Shown here in pieces: positions 25,590 to 38,625 of a DNA stretch of 64,000 nucleotides; within the stretch, counting starts at the first letter, position 1; each line of letters begins with the position of its first letter. The position numbers and the translations under genes were made by a program. The notes under the pieces are model-generated. The model made no database searches. It had not been told where the DNA came from and saw only the letters and a list, made by a program, of their open reading frames with translations. Location of the stretch: the NCBI RefSeq assembly GCF_036321535.1, contig NC_087436.1:35962001-36026000 (forward strand). Direction: 5' to 3'. This stretch comes from Camelus dromedarius. Lineage: Eukaryota.

Positions 25590-26150
25590 TGAAACAGCAA
25601 ACATGTAGCATAATCAGCCTTTTTTAAAAACACTTGGAATAACAGGGTAATCAATGCCTCCCAGAACAAGCAAGTTGACTTGAGTGACAATTCTAGTTCA
25701 TTGTGAAATTATTCTGTCTGTCTTGCCAGAATCGTTTAATTGTCTTTTCTATATGATAAACTTTTAAGTATCTGAAGGCAATAACTGTATCTGCATGTAT
25801 TCTTTTATTTTCCAGGATAAAGTCATGCTCTGGTCCACACCTGTTATGTCTAAAATTATTCACAAACCAAGAGATCCCAAAATTGTATATTATATTCTAG
25901 ATGTGATCTGACCAGGACAGAGTACCACAAAACTATTAGCTTATGTGATCTGGATTCTATAATTAATGTAGTCTAAAATGACATGAGCATTTCTTTAGTA
26001 GGTTCGCGACAACGTTAATTTACATTAAATATGAGTTCAAATTTCAATTTACTACCAAACAAATAAAATCTTTTTCATCCTATGTGTGTTTACTTTGATA
26101 AACTTAAATGTAAAAATTTACAGTTGTTTCTTGTAAACTTCATTTAGAGA
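25590..26150 (-). mobile_element. L3/CR1 ancient LINE fragment
   Basis: 'cccaaaattgtatattatattctagatgtgatctgaccaggacagagtac...ctggattctata...atgtagtctaaaatgacat'. Confidence 0.55.
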
Positions 26151-28869
26151 AAGAATGCTGCACATAATGTTAGGGTTAGTCTTCATATTACCATAAATGC
26201 CAAGACTAATACCTTGTCAAGATTTACAAAACAAGAAATGCATACAGAGCAATGTGATAATCAGCAATCCACTTTAAAAATCAGAAAGTATCCAAAGGGT
26301 TAATTTTAAACAGATTTAAATAAGAACTAAATTTAACTCAGCATTTTTCAATTCAGAGATTTATAATGCCTCTGGCATCGCAAGTAAGGATGACTTAAAA
26401 AAAAAAAAACTCATCTTCTGAGGAAGTTGTTATGACACAGAACAGGTGTGGAGCTCTGGCTCAATAAATAAGCCTAAACCATCATCCTGTATCAATCATT
26501 TAGAAGACTATTTGCATTATTTTCTATTATGATGTTGGATTGTAAGTAAAAGAGAGTAGCCAGAATTTTAAGTACAAAATCCATTAAACTATGTACGTCT
26601 AACACTCCCAAGCCCTGAAACTGAAAGCAGCTTCTATTTTAAAAATAATAATAATATAAGAGTGGTTGACAAAAGACGGATTTCCTCACTTAGTCATCCT
26701 CCTGTATTAACAGCTTAATTTCCTACCTGTCATTTACTCAAAAAAATGTTGAATGTTCTGTAAACAAGTTTGCTTGCTTTGTATAACAGAGACTGAAGGG
26801 AAGAAAGGAAATATAGTACAGTGTTTCTTTTTGTGAAACAGTTACCAAAATTTAGCCTTTATCAGCTTTGATATGTCAAAGAAAAGGGCAAATTCCTTGA
26901 TCCAGCAATGACCTGTCAGTTGATTATTTGCTTATTCCTAAGGGCTCTCTGAGCACCTGAACAATCCACCTATGATTCACTACAGTATTCTGGAGAGTCC
27001 TCAACACAGGGCTGACAGAGTGGGACTATTATTCTGATATGCAAATCTGACACGTCTTGATGGCAATGAACAGGACAAATTATCCTGTTTTACGCTTTGT
27101 GTGTCCTGAAAAGAAGGGAGAATTGAGTTCTCCAACTTTAGCCCTATCCCTACGGGATATCTATTTATCTCTTTATGGGCACAGTATTTTAAACTATGTT
27201 TTATTCTAGAAATCTATTCTTCTGCTATGGCTGAAAAGCAATGGATCTCAATTCGAAAACTGGGAAAAAAAAGTTCTGATTAAATAATAAGCTTAAAGAT
27301 TTAACAGAATGTATAAGCTAAATGATTCAGAAAATTAGTAACTATTCACAAAATAAATTGTTTCCAAATTGCTCCTATTTATGCTCTACAAGTAGTGTAA
27401 TAATGTGTCAACTTTTACCGAATCTATAATACAATATAAATTTTTACTTAAATGAAAGCTAAAAGTTCACTTCATAATAATTAGTCATTCCTTCATAATG
27501 ATTTTAAACGCAGTACATTAATCCACGTGCTACTTCGTCAATCTGATATCTTGAAACTCACTGAGTACCTTAATTCTCTAATATGAAAAATGAGCTACCA
27601 TATTCTTTATTATATTCTTTATTACTACATTTGTAAAACTAGAATTTATACTTTAACTTCTAGTTTTTCTGAATCACAATTCTGCTGAATGAATCAGATT
27701 TTAACCTTCAACTGCTAGTGTTGATTTTTTCAGATCTTTAAAATCATCTGATTCCAGAAAAAAAAAAAAAAAAAAGATTATTGTGCCCAAGGCTAAGAAA
27801 AAAAAAAAAAGAGGCTGCTTAAAAGTCTGTTCAGAACAATTTCACTACTGGTTTTAATGAATCTCTTAGAATGACCTTGAGTACTAATTCTTTAGAAACA
27901 AAACAATAATTACTAGAGAAGAAAGAAAAAGAAGGCAAAGAGAAAGCTGCCAAACTCAAAAGAATTTTTAAATCTTTCAGCTTGACATCCCTAGAAATAA
28001 TCTGTTTATAGACATTAGATTTTTGTTTGTCTTAATATTTACAAAATCTGTTTCTTTTCTCATTTGAGAAGACTATAATATAATAAAAGCTGAAAGAGAA
28101 AAAGGTATGAAAAATTTCAAAATTATACCGGTTAACACCTTACAGGTAATAGGAAACTTAGGTGTATAATATAAAGAGTATTTCCATTTCAATGGTAAGT
28201 TTTTAGTTTGATAAAAATTAAAGTTCTTTGAGCTACACATGAATATATTTTCCCCCTAAATTTGAATCTATTCAACTCTATTATCTAGAAAAAAATGTAA
28301 ATCTTATTTTTGTTATTATTATTCACTTTTAGTCTAAAGTGTGGTTCCCAGTCTGTGGGTTGCAGGCTCCTGTGCTTGAAGAACATATATGAATACCAAG
28401 TAGTATCTAAAAAATGAATAAATAATATGACTTGCACATATATATATAATATGACTGTATATGTACATGGTGTTGTAATTACACAGTTCTCAGTAGTATT
28501 TTTCTCCATAAAATATTTCTTCAATTACATTGGAAAAAAAATTTTAATAAATAAATAAACCTAATTACACCACACCCCTCCAAAAAAACAATTACACTGA
28601 AAAAATCTAACTTCAACTATGTGGGAATCCACAAATTATTCTGATACCAATTACTAGTCACACAAACTCAAAAAAGTTAAAAAGTGCTGAAATAAATTTT
28701 TAATGAGCTATTTTAAGAAGTACTGAAGAGGCCCAAATAAAATGGGAGAAAAATTGTACATTTTTAAAACTAAAACACCCAAAGATATAAAAATAATTAG
28801 ACTTATAAACCATATGCTTAAAAGAGTAACATATCTGTCATAAGCACTACTATTATCTGAAGTAACATA

Positions 28870-29005
28870 TAGTCAGCAGCATTGTGGTCAAATGTGCCCA
28901 CCCAGAGGCCAGAATGCCAGAGGGAGAAATCCCAGTTCTGCCACTTATTAGCTATGTGAGGTCAGGCAATTAAATCTCTTTGTATCTGTTTTCTCACCTA
29001 TATCA
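28870..29005 (+). mobile_element. MIR SINE
   Basis: 'aaatcccagttctgccacttattagctatgtgaggtcaggcaattaaatctctttgtatctgttttctcacc'. Confidence 0.8.
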
Positions 29006-29304
29006 ATAATCTCTATTGAATTTAGAAAATAATTCCAACAAAAGAAGCATGAATAAAGTTCTTTTTCACATACTTATATACCATAGGCTGAAAGTAGTAC
29101 CGAATAAAACAAATGATTAAAGTGCAGGTAACAGGTAGTACTGAAAAGATTAAGCGAAAAAGAGGAGGCTGAAGAGCAACTAATTTAAGGTTGCCTTCTG
29201 AGGCCCATACCCAGCTGTCACTGAATAATTCAAACACCCTATTTTCTTAACCTAGATGTCTGTAATGTTTCCACACTTCATTTTAAGTGATAAAATATTA
29301 ACCC

Positions 29305-31506
29305 TAAGTAGACTTAGAAGTGAAGTGTGAATATTGTAATCACTGGGAAAACTAATTTTAAAAAGCATACAAAGAAAAACAATAATAAATGCAACATATA
29401 AATTAAAAGGGAGTACTGAAAAATATTCCAATAATTCAAAAGAAGGCAGAAAAAAGAAAATAGAGGAATGAAAAACAAATTATCAGAAAAGCAAATTATC
29501 ACAGAACTAAACCCAAACACATTGACAGTTACAATAAATGCAAATGGTATAAACACATTAATAAAAAAAACTCGGGATTCTCAGAGTGTATAGTAAGACC
29601 TAACGAAATGTTACCTATATGAAACTGAAATGAAATAAAATAATGGGTATGATAAAAGTAAAAGAATGGAAAAAGACATCCCAACAATAGCAATCTACAT
29701 TCTTTTAAAAATTACATGGAACATTCAATAAGATAAGATAGCATCCTGGAACATGAAACAAATCTATAAAATTAAAAGAATTGAAATCATACAAAGAATG
29801 CATGTCTCTAACCATAACAATTAACTAATAGTGAAAAACATTAAGATATTTAGAAATTACCCAAATATTTGGAAATAAAGCAATACACTTCTAAATAATC
29901 CATCATCAAACAGGAAGTCTTAGAAGAGAAATTAGAAAATAATAGAGTTGAATAAAAATATCAAAAAAAATTGTGAAATGCAGCTAAAGCAGTGCTTCAA
30001 AGAGAATCTATAGTATCTGAAGAATGATTTCAAATCAATAATCTAAGTTTCCACCATATGAAACAAGAGCAAGAGCCAACAATACCCAAAAGGAAGGAAG
30101 GAAGGAAGGGAGTTCAACTAAATAGAAAACAAAAAAGCAGTAAAGAAAATTCAATGAATCCACAACCTGGGTCTTTGAAAACATCAATGAAATTGATAAA
30201 CCTCTACTAAGACTGACAAGGGAAAAAAAGAGAGAAGATACAAATTGCTAGTACCAGGAAGGAAAGTGAAGATTTTACTCAGACCCTCCCCAAAACACTA
30301 AAGAATAAGAGAAAACAGTGAACAACTCTAAGGGTAAATATTTGACATTCTAGGTGAAATGAACAGAATTCTCTGAAATACACAAACTTAGAAAACTTTC
30401 CCAGGAAGAAAAAGACAACTAGAGTCATCTATTATCTATTAAATGTACCAAATTCATAGTAAAACAAAAATAAACTGCAACAAAGAAAACTCTAGACCCA
30501 GAAGGTAACAGTGGGGAATTCTACCAAATATGTAAGGAAGAAGTATTAATTCTAAATAATCTCTTCTACTAACTAGAAGAAGAGAATAATTCTCAACTCA
30601 TTTTATTGAGTATTACTCTGATACAAAACCAGACAAAGTATAAGACAATTATATACAAATATTCATCATAAATATTAATAGAAAAAAATCTTAACAAAAT
30701 ATTAGCAGGCTGAATGTTGTAAGATATAAAAAGAATAATACAACATGACTAAGTCGGGTTTATCTTGGGAATGAATGCAAGACTGGTTGAACATGTCAAA
30801 GTCAACGTAATCCAAGATTTTAACAGTCTAAAAGGAAAAAATCCCACGATAATATTGATAGATGTAAGAACACTAGGAAGAGAAGGGAACTTTCTCAATT
30901 TGTTAAAAGGCATCTACAAAAAGACCTAAGCTACCATCATACTTACTGATGAGTGAAACACTAAATGTTTTCTCATTGAGATCAGGAACAAGACATCTGA
31001 ATAAATGGGTAGACAATGTTCATGACTGGAGATTCAATATTGTTAAGTTCTAAATTCTCCCCTAATTTTTCTGTAGATTAGAAACAATCCTAAACAAAAT
31101 CCCAAAAGGATTTTTCAAAGATAATGACAACCTGAGATGATACTTTATATGTAAAAGCCAAGGAAATACAACAGCTGAAGCAAATTTTGAAAATGAAGAA
31201 CTAAGTTGTACACACATTACCTCATTTAAGGTCCTACTCTAAAGTCGTGATCATTAATACAGTGTGGTTTGGTGAAAGGACAGACAGAAATGATCTGCAC
31301 AAATATGGTCAACTGATATTTGACCAAGGTGTACAGACAATCCAATGGAGAAAGAATCGACTTTCTGACAAATGGTCCTGGGGTAATTTTGCATTCACAT
31401 GTAAAAACAGACTTCTACCTAAAACTCACACTAGATACAAAATGTCAAAAATGGATTATAGACACAACTATGAAATGTAAAACTGCAAAACTTTTGCAAA
31501 AGAGAA
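29305..31506 (+). mobile_element. Old L1M (inter-ORF region and degraded ORF2), 5' part of interrupted element
   Basis: A-rich decayed ORF2 ('acacttctaaataatcc', 'gaattctaccaaata', 'YGQLIFDQG...QWRK' in ORF 31247-31480); continues at about 32901. Confidence 0.85.
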
Positions 31507-32895
31507 GTCTTTCCAACAAATGATGTTGGCAAAACTAGGTATCACATGCAAAACAATGAAGTTGGAGCCTTACCTTACATCATATGCAAAAATTAAGTCA
31601 AAACAGATCAAACACCTAAACATAAGGTCCAAAACAATAAAACTCTTAGAAGAAAGCAAAAGGGAAAAGTTTCATGGCATTGGACTTGGCAAGGGTTTCC
31701 TGGAATGACACCAAAGACATAGTCAACAAAGTAAAAACAGACAAATTGGACTACATTAAAATTAAAAACTTCTGTGAATCAAGGGACAAAATCAACAAAG
31801 TAAAAAGGCAAACTACAGAATGGCAGAAAATACTTGCAAATAACATATCAGATAAGGGGCTAATATCCAGAATATGTAAAGAAATCTTACAACTTCAAAA
31901 AAACAAAAAATCAAATTTAAAAAAAAGGGGCAAAGAACTTAGATATTTCTCCAAAGATGGCATACAAAAGGTTCAACATCACTAATCATTAGGAAAATGC
32001 AAATCAAAACCAGAAAGAGGTATTACCTCACACCTATCAGGATGGCTACTATTAAAAACAACAATGACAACAAAATCCAGAAAATAACAAGTGTCAGCAA
32101 GGTCATGGAGACATTGGAACTCTTGTACACTGTTGATAGGAATGTAAAATGGTGCAGGCACTGGGGAAACCAGTATGGTAGTTCCTCAAAAGATTAAAAA
32201 TAGACCTACCATCTGATTCAGTAATTCTACTTCTGAGTATATATCAAAAAAAAGTGGGATCTCAAATAAGTATTTGCATATTCATGTTCTTAGCAGCATT
32301 ATTCACAATAGCTAAGAGGTAGCAATAACCCAAGCATCCACTGACAAATGAACAGATAAACAAAATGTAGTATACGCATAACCGACTATTACTCAGCCTT
32401 TTAAAAAGGAAAGAAATTCTAATACATGCTACAAAATGGATGAACCATGAAGACAGTATGTTAAATGAAATAAGCCAGTCATAAAAAGACACATACTTCC
32501 ACTTATATGAAGTATCTAGAGTTGTCAAATTCATAGAAATGGAAGCAGAATGATGGTTGCCAGGACTGGGTAGAGGGTACACTGGGGAGTTGTTATTTCA
32601 TGGGTATAGAGTTTAACTTCTGCAAGATGAAAAAATTTCTGGAGATTGGTTGCACAATAATGAGTAAACTTAACACTCCTGAACTGTACACTAAGAAATG
32701 GCTAAGATAGTATATTTCATGTTGTGTGGGGTTTTTTTGTTTTTGTTTTTGTTTTGCCAGGGGAAGGTAATCAGGTTTATTTTTAGAGGTGGTACTGGGG
32801 ATTGAAAAAAGGACTTCGTGCATGCTAAGCATGCGCTCTACCACTTGAGCTATACCCTCCCCACTGTTGTTTTTTATCACAAAAAAAAAATTTTT
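31507..32895 (+). mobile_element. 5'-truncated L1MB-like element nested in older L1
   Basis: ORF2 pieces 31520-32197 ('KLDYIKIKNFC', 'MQIKTRKRYYLTPIRMA'); L1MB-type 3'UTR 'gatgaaaaaatttctggagattggttgcacaa...gaactgtacact' and A tail at 32881-32890. Confidence 0.85.
32732..32862 (-). mobile_element. tRNA-derived SINE (Vic-1-like) inserted in L1MB tail
   Basis: Reverse complement reads 'ggggagggtatagctcaagtggtagagcgcatgcttagcatgcacgaagtcc...caatccccagtacc'. Confidence 0.9.
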
Positions 32896-32900
32896 TTAAT

Positions 32901-33915
32901 TATTCATGACCTTGGGTTAGGCCAAGATTTGACCCAAAAAACTCTGGGGAAAAAAAAAAGACCCTGAAAACCAAAAGAAAGACACTGGACTTTTTCAAGA
33001 TTAAAAACTTCCATTCTGTGAAATACATTGTTAAGAGAAAGAAAAGATAAGCTACAGACTAGAAGATATTTGCAATATACCTGGCAACGGATTTTTAATC
33101 AAAATAGAAAGAGTAAAAGAAAATAAATAACCCAATTAAAAAAGTATAAATAGCTCAAAAAGAATTTAAAACACTTCTCCAAAAAAAAAAAAATTCTAAT
33201 GACAAATGAGCACATGAAAAGACGCTCAGTATCATTAGTCATTAGAGAAATTGCAAATTAAAAACACAATAAGATAACACTACACACCCATTAGAATGGT
33301 TAACATTTAAAAAAAAATGACAATACCAAGTGCCAGCAAGAATGCAGAGCACCATCATCTCATATGTGCTGGCAGGGATGCATGATATGGGCATGAATAT
33401 GGCAGTTTCTTACAAAGTTAAGCATACAGTTAGTTACTCTATGATTCAGTAGTCCCACCCTAGTAATTATCCTAGAGATATGAAAACTTATGTCCACACA
33501 AAAATATGACCACGAATGTTTATAGTAGCATATTCATAGTGAAAACGGGAAGCAATCTAAACTGTCCTTAAACCAGTGTATGGATAACCTGTAATGCATC
33601 CATACTGTAGAATACCACCAAGTGATAGAACAGGAACAAGCTACTGATATATCCAACAGAGATAAAGTTCAAAAAGTTTTTAAAAAGCCATGCAGATTAC
33701 ATGCAATATAATTCCATTTATACGACATATGGTAACTACAGGGACAGATCACTAGCTGCCAATAGAGGCGGGACAGTTAGTGGCAGAAAGAGGGTTTAAC
33801 TACAAAGGGGCAGCATGAAGGAATTTTTTGGAGTGAATACTTGTTTTCTATTGTAATTGCAGTAGTAGTTACATGATTCTGCACATCTGTCAAAACTCAC
33901 AGAACTATATACCAG
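32901..33915 (+). mobile_element. Old L1M 3' part (L1MC/MD-like 3'UTR), continuation of 29305-31506
   Basis: Resumes at 'ttcatgaccttgggttaggc'; ends 'acaaaggggcagcatgaaggaa...tgtcaaaactcacagaact'. Confidence 0.8.
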
Positions 33916-34040
33916 TTTCTAGCTCTGCAACATTGGTCAAGTTTCTTAACCTGTCTGTATCTCAGATTCTCAGCAACAGGATGGGGTATGGTAACTGACT
34001 TGACTTCATAAAGTTAAGAAGATTAAATGATTAAAATACT
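33915..34040 (+). mobile_element. MIR SINE fragment
   Basis: 'ttggtcaagtttcttaacctgtctgtatctcagattctc...gattaaatga'. Confidence 0.65.
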
Positions 34041-34049
34041 CAGAGCAAA

Positions 34050-34400
34050 ACTTAAATTTAGGATTATGTTGAATTTGAATTGCCTTTGAGATATCTAAAT
34101 AGGCAGTTTATTGAAGAAGTCAGAGCAAATGTCTGCGCTGAATCAGGTGTAATTACACATACACCTGAACCCAAGGATGTGGCTGACACTGCTCATGGAC
34201 AGAGAAGAAAGAGGAGGGGTCTGAATACCCAGCCTTCATAAACTGTAATATTTTATGGCTAGGTAGAGGAGAAAAATTTGTAAAGGAGTCAAGAGGGGAC
34301 AGAAATAGAAGTAAAACCAGGAGGTTATTGTGTCATGTAAAATGAAGTAAGAGAATGTTTTAAAAGGGAGAAGTGAACGATGACAGTGAATAAAGCTAAC
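34050..34400 (-). mobile_element. L2 fragment
   Basis: 'atgttgaatttgaattgcctttgagatatctaaat...aaaccaggag...gtgtcatg...gagaatgttttaaaagggag'. Confidence 0.65.
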
Positions 34401-34404
34401 TGAT

Positions 34405-34760
34405 AATGGCTGAGACTTTTAGTTTTTCTCTTTTTTCTTTAGTAACAACCCCCCTCTATTTGAGCTGTGCACTCAGTCATTCAAAATACAGAATATATTT
34501 ATTTTGTAGCCTTTCTTGTAGCTGAATAAGGGCTTGTAGCTAAGATCAGTGGATGTAAATGATACATGTAATTTATGGGCTCTGTCCTTAAAGTGAGGGA
34601 GTGAGCTATTACCTCATCTCCTTATTCTTCACCTGAATGAGAACCCAACTGATGTTAACAGTGAGGTTTTTTACCATATGGTTTAAGGGATGGTACAGCA
34701 TCAAGATAGAAGGAATCCAATTTTCTGACATCATCGAACCACCATATCAGTTAGTGGCTC
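34405..34760. mobile_element. MLT1-type (MaLR) LTR remnant
   Basis: 'ttctttagtaac...agcctttcttgtagctg...gggatggtacagcatcaagatagaaggaatcc...accaccatatcag' resembles MLT1J-class LTRs. Confidence 0.6.
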
Positions 34761-36664
34761 CACTGTGTTAAATTACTCCCTCTAAAAGACTCTTAATTGA
34801 AGACACAGTAGCCTCAGTATTTCAGAATTCATCGCAGCAGATTTATGAAAAGGGATACACACAAAGAATAATATCAACATATTTTAAAGTAAACATTTAA
34901 ACAAAAGATATAAGATGACATACACATCAATAATGTAAAAATTATCTGATCATAAAAAGCATATGATACTTTTCTATAGTTTGAAACTGGTTGATAAGCA
35001 TTTTAAACTTTGTATACATTTGGAAGTTCTTGCAAGTTATTCTCTATTTTGTTTGGTTTTAGAGTGAGTGAGGACTGAAGTAAAGAGCCACTGTAAGTAA
35101 TTAGGTTATTTCCCATGTTAATAATAGGAATAATGAGAAAAAAGTAAAAGAACCACTGATCTAGAAACTAGACATAGGTTAGTCTCTGCTGTTTGGCAAT
35201 TATTTAAAGGTTTAACCATGGCTATTTTTTTCAATCACTGAAAAAGTTCAGAACAATTTTAATTGAATTTTCATCTATCATAATTAAGTATAAGAAAATC
35301 CATTCATTAGGATACTCAAAGTTAGTTAGTCACACAACTGATTTTTATATATCTTAATGACTCACATTAAATAAAATAACATAAAAACTCAAAATCTAAC
35401 TTTAAAAAGATATAATCTGTGTTTTAAAAACAATCTCCATTTTATTTCCTTATTAGAAATTTAGAAAGGAGTAGGAAACCCTGCATCTTTTATGCCTGCA
35501 GAAAATTATCAAAAGCTTGATTTAAATATCAAAAAAGTTTGAAGCTACGAGAAAAAAAGTAATTATTTACTAAATCTGTTTTTATGTTTACCCTCTGAAG
35601 TTTCTACCAACAATTTCCAGCAAGTTACCTGGAAGATGCTTGTTTCTCAGATACAATGGATTTTTTTTCCTACTAAATGCATTTCTGAACTAAAGGCATA
35701 CAAAGTTAATAAACGGAAGGAAAAGCAAATACAGAGTTGTCATTTTTAAATTATATTCTTAAAAGGTTTAGGGGTATCATTTGTGGAACACAAAGAGATT
35801 TCCTTCTCTAACAGCATTCCAGGACATCACTCTTTCCTGCCTACCAGCAGACAAGATTATACTTGTCTGGAATGTCAGTGAAGTATTTATACAAAGGCAG
35901 TTTTTCAGAATCTTCTTATTGTGCATACAAAACAGGAAATACAGTAATACCATCAGTATATGTTAAACACTATTTAGTATGAACTGTGTTTCTCTCTAAA
36001 TAAGTACTAGGTTAACCTCCAAGAGGAGGGGGTGAAAATGAACACCTCTATAAACACAAACCACTACTTGTTTGCAGCTGGTCAGAGGAAAGGTTCAGGA
36101 AGAAAAATTCAAACTTTAAAAATTTGCTAAACTATGTTTTAGTTAGTGTTATGCTACAGTCTCTAATAAAAATTCATTTTTTTCAAGTCTGGGGAGAAAA
36201 CAAAAGTATTCTTAAAAAGTTAGTATTTTATTGAATGAAAAGCAGCCTATTAACAAGTTAATTTAACTGAAATCTTGATTCAGAGGCACAGAAAATAAGT
36301 TTCTATTTAAAGTGGCCACTCATCAAAAAACACCAAACCAACCATTTCATGTTCTGAAAAAGTCTGCAATTTTTTTCACACACAAAAAACTTCTTTACCT
36401 TCTATGGATTTAAAAAATTAATACAATTCTACAAACCTACTACTGAAGAGTTTTAAAGTTTATTTACAAATAGATTATAAAGTGCAGCTAGTATCCCAAG
36501 TAGAATTAAGTCTTACAGAGATAAATTTTAATTTTCCATAGGACAGCAGAATGAACTTTGGTTTGACTGCCCCCTGCTGATGTAAAAGTTTTAAAACTAT
36601 AGAAATTGATTTGATAAGACTGATTTTTAAAACTTTTTACTCAGAAATTGGTTTCAATTTCTTA

Positions 36665-36820
36665 AAGTATTTTTATGAAAATTTTTTTATTTTAGGGGAG
36701 GAGGCAATTAGGTTTATTTTTATTTATTTCTTTATGTTTTTAGTGGAGGTGCTTGGGATTGAACTCAGGACTTTGTGCACGCTAAGCATGTGGTCTACCA
36801 CTGAGCTATACCCTCCCCCC
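36665..36820 (-). mobile_element. tRNA-derived SINE (Vic-1-like) with perfect TSD
   Basis: Reverse complement reads 'ggggggagggtatagctcagtggtagaccacatgcttagcgtgcacaaagtcctgagttcaatccc'; perfect 15-bp TSD ggtttcaatttctta at 36650-36664 and 36821-36835. Confidence 0.92.
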
Positions 36821-37329
36821 GGTTTCAATTTCTTATTGAAAACTAAAGAGATTTAAATATTTAACCTCTGTGTCTTATTTTCACTCAATGGGCAAATATT
36901 TTGGAATATCTATTACTTGACACTTAACCAAAAATGATTTCATCTCTCTGACCTCAAATACTTGTAAGTTATTAGATGGATAGAAAAAATCTGGAAAAGA
37001 ATAAACTATTAAGAGAAAATCAAGAGCTAAATTAAATGGTACTAAAGAGAAGCAAGCTGGAGAAAGAGATTGGTAGGGGCAAATTAGTTTTATAAAACTT
37101 AATGAAAAGGGTGAAGACAGAGACAGTTGAGAAAAAATAATAAGGATGGTGTTAGACAAATGAAAAAGAGACAAAACAAGCAAAAGCTTGGAGGAAATAA
37201 TGAACATAGAATGTGCACAACACATGACACCAGGAGACTTGGTTGCCATAATAAATGGATAAATGTTGAGAACAGAAAATAGTGAGAAGTTGGGGCCCAA
37301 GTTTTGAAACTAAAAAAGTCAGAATGAAG

Positions 37330-38000
37330 AGCTAGACTTGAGGCATACAACTGGGAGCCACTGAAGGTTCCTTAGCAGTATGATAACCTGCTAAAGCAGT
37401 ATAATAACCAGGTAATGCAGCACAATAACCTGGTTAAAGACATTCCTTTAGGAAGAGCACTCTGAAATAGAACAAAGATGAAACAGAGGAAGAAGAGCCT
37501 GAAGGCAGAGAAACTGGTTAAGAGACAACCATAGTAAACCAAAGAAAGAAGTGAACCAGAATGAAAGCAATGGGAACAGAAAAGTAAAATGAAACTGAGA
37601 TACATTTTGAGTTAAAAACAAAACTGGGTGCCTGACTGGATTCATATTTTTGTCCCATTCTTATGCCACATTAAGTTATTGATAAATTCAACTGAAATAT
37701 AAAAGGAGTAGTGGGCAAAGAGTTAACAGAAGGGAACACTGTAGTGTCACTGGAGCTAATGGGGTACAGAGTTTCAAGAAGATGAGGGTAGTCAGCAGGG
37801 TCACATTTGTGGAATTCAAGACAAGTAAGAACCCTCTTAAGAAGTCATTAAATTTTGTTCAGTAATCATTGGTGACCTTCACATGTTCACTTTTAATAAA
37901 ATTGTACAGTCAGAAGGAACTAGAGAGTTGAAAATTTTAAAAATTGAGATGAGATACAGAAACCAAGTAGAGCAGTTCACTTTAGGGAGAACATGTTCAT
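37330..38000 (-). mobile_element. L2 remnant
   Basis: 'gggagccactgaagg...gagtttcaagaagatgagg...gtcattaaattt...tcattggtgacctt'. Confidence 0.6.
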
Positions 38001-38604
38001 CTCAAGAGTAGAGGAAAGAAGGAGCACGTAAATAACAGGGCAGAGTTATGCTAATGGTTAAAGATGGGATACATGAGGAATTTCATGGCAAATGGTCTCA
38101 ATTATCTCTGTAAATCAGTTTTCAAGTTTATTTCTCAAAAAAAGAATGACAGATTAATATTAAGGGAAAAAACTTCGAAAATAATTGCTATCACTTTTCT
38201 ACCTAGGAGTCTAGTTTCTTCTACCGAAGAAGCCCAGTCCCAAGGGAAGCTTCATCTAACCAAGACTCCTCATTTTTCTATGTCTGTCTAGAAAAAGAAG
38301 TGTGCTATTTTTTTAAAAAAGTTCAAAGCTAACCCACTGATGACACTGCTTCCTACACATACAAATATAGTCTTTTCAAACACAGTTTATGCAAAGACAC
38401 CTGGAACAGAGCATGTAACTTAAGAATAGACCTTATTCATATGCCATAGGTAAAAGTGGTAATGGTAAAACCTCATGGAAAAGTAATGTATCTCTTAAGA
38501 CAAAACAGTAGTCTTGTTTTAGAATCACAACAAACAAACAAAAAACACAAACAACAACAACAACAAAACCCATGGGAAATCATAATTTCTGAATTTTATG
38601 TTAC

Positions 38605-38625
38605 CTTTTCTTTGCAAAGAAATTT
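38605..38625 (-). other. Candidate 21-nt microexon
   Basis: Minus strand: branch-like 'tctaac', acceptor 'tacttcttttaacag|', exon AAATTTCTTTGCAAAGAAAAG, donor 'AAG|GTAACA'. Confidence 0.3.

Noticed and set aside
36881..37300. 139-aa hydrophobic minus-strand ORF resembling a membrane protein
   Set aside because: A by-product of a purine-rich plus strand adjacent to an L2 remnant; low-complexity F/L/S composition.
38023..38034. 12-nt match (agcacgtaaata) to mature miR-16
   Set aside because: The 5' seed bases and 3' end are absent and there is no precursor hairpin; chance match.
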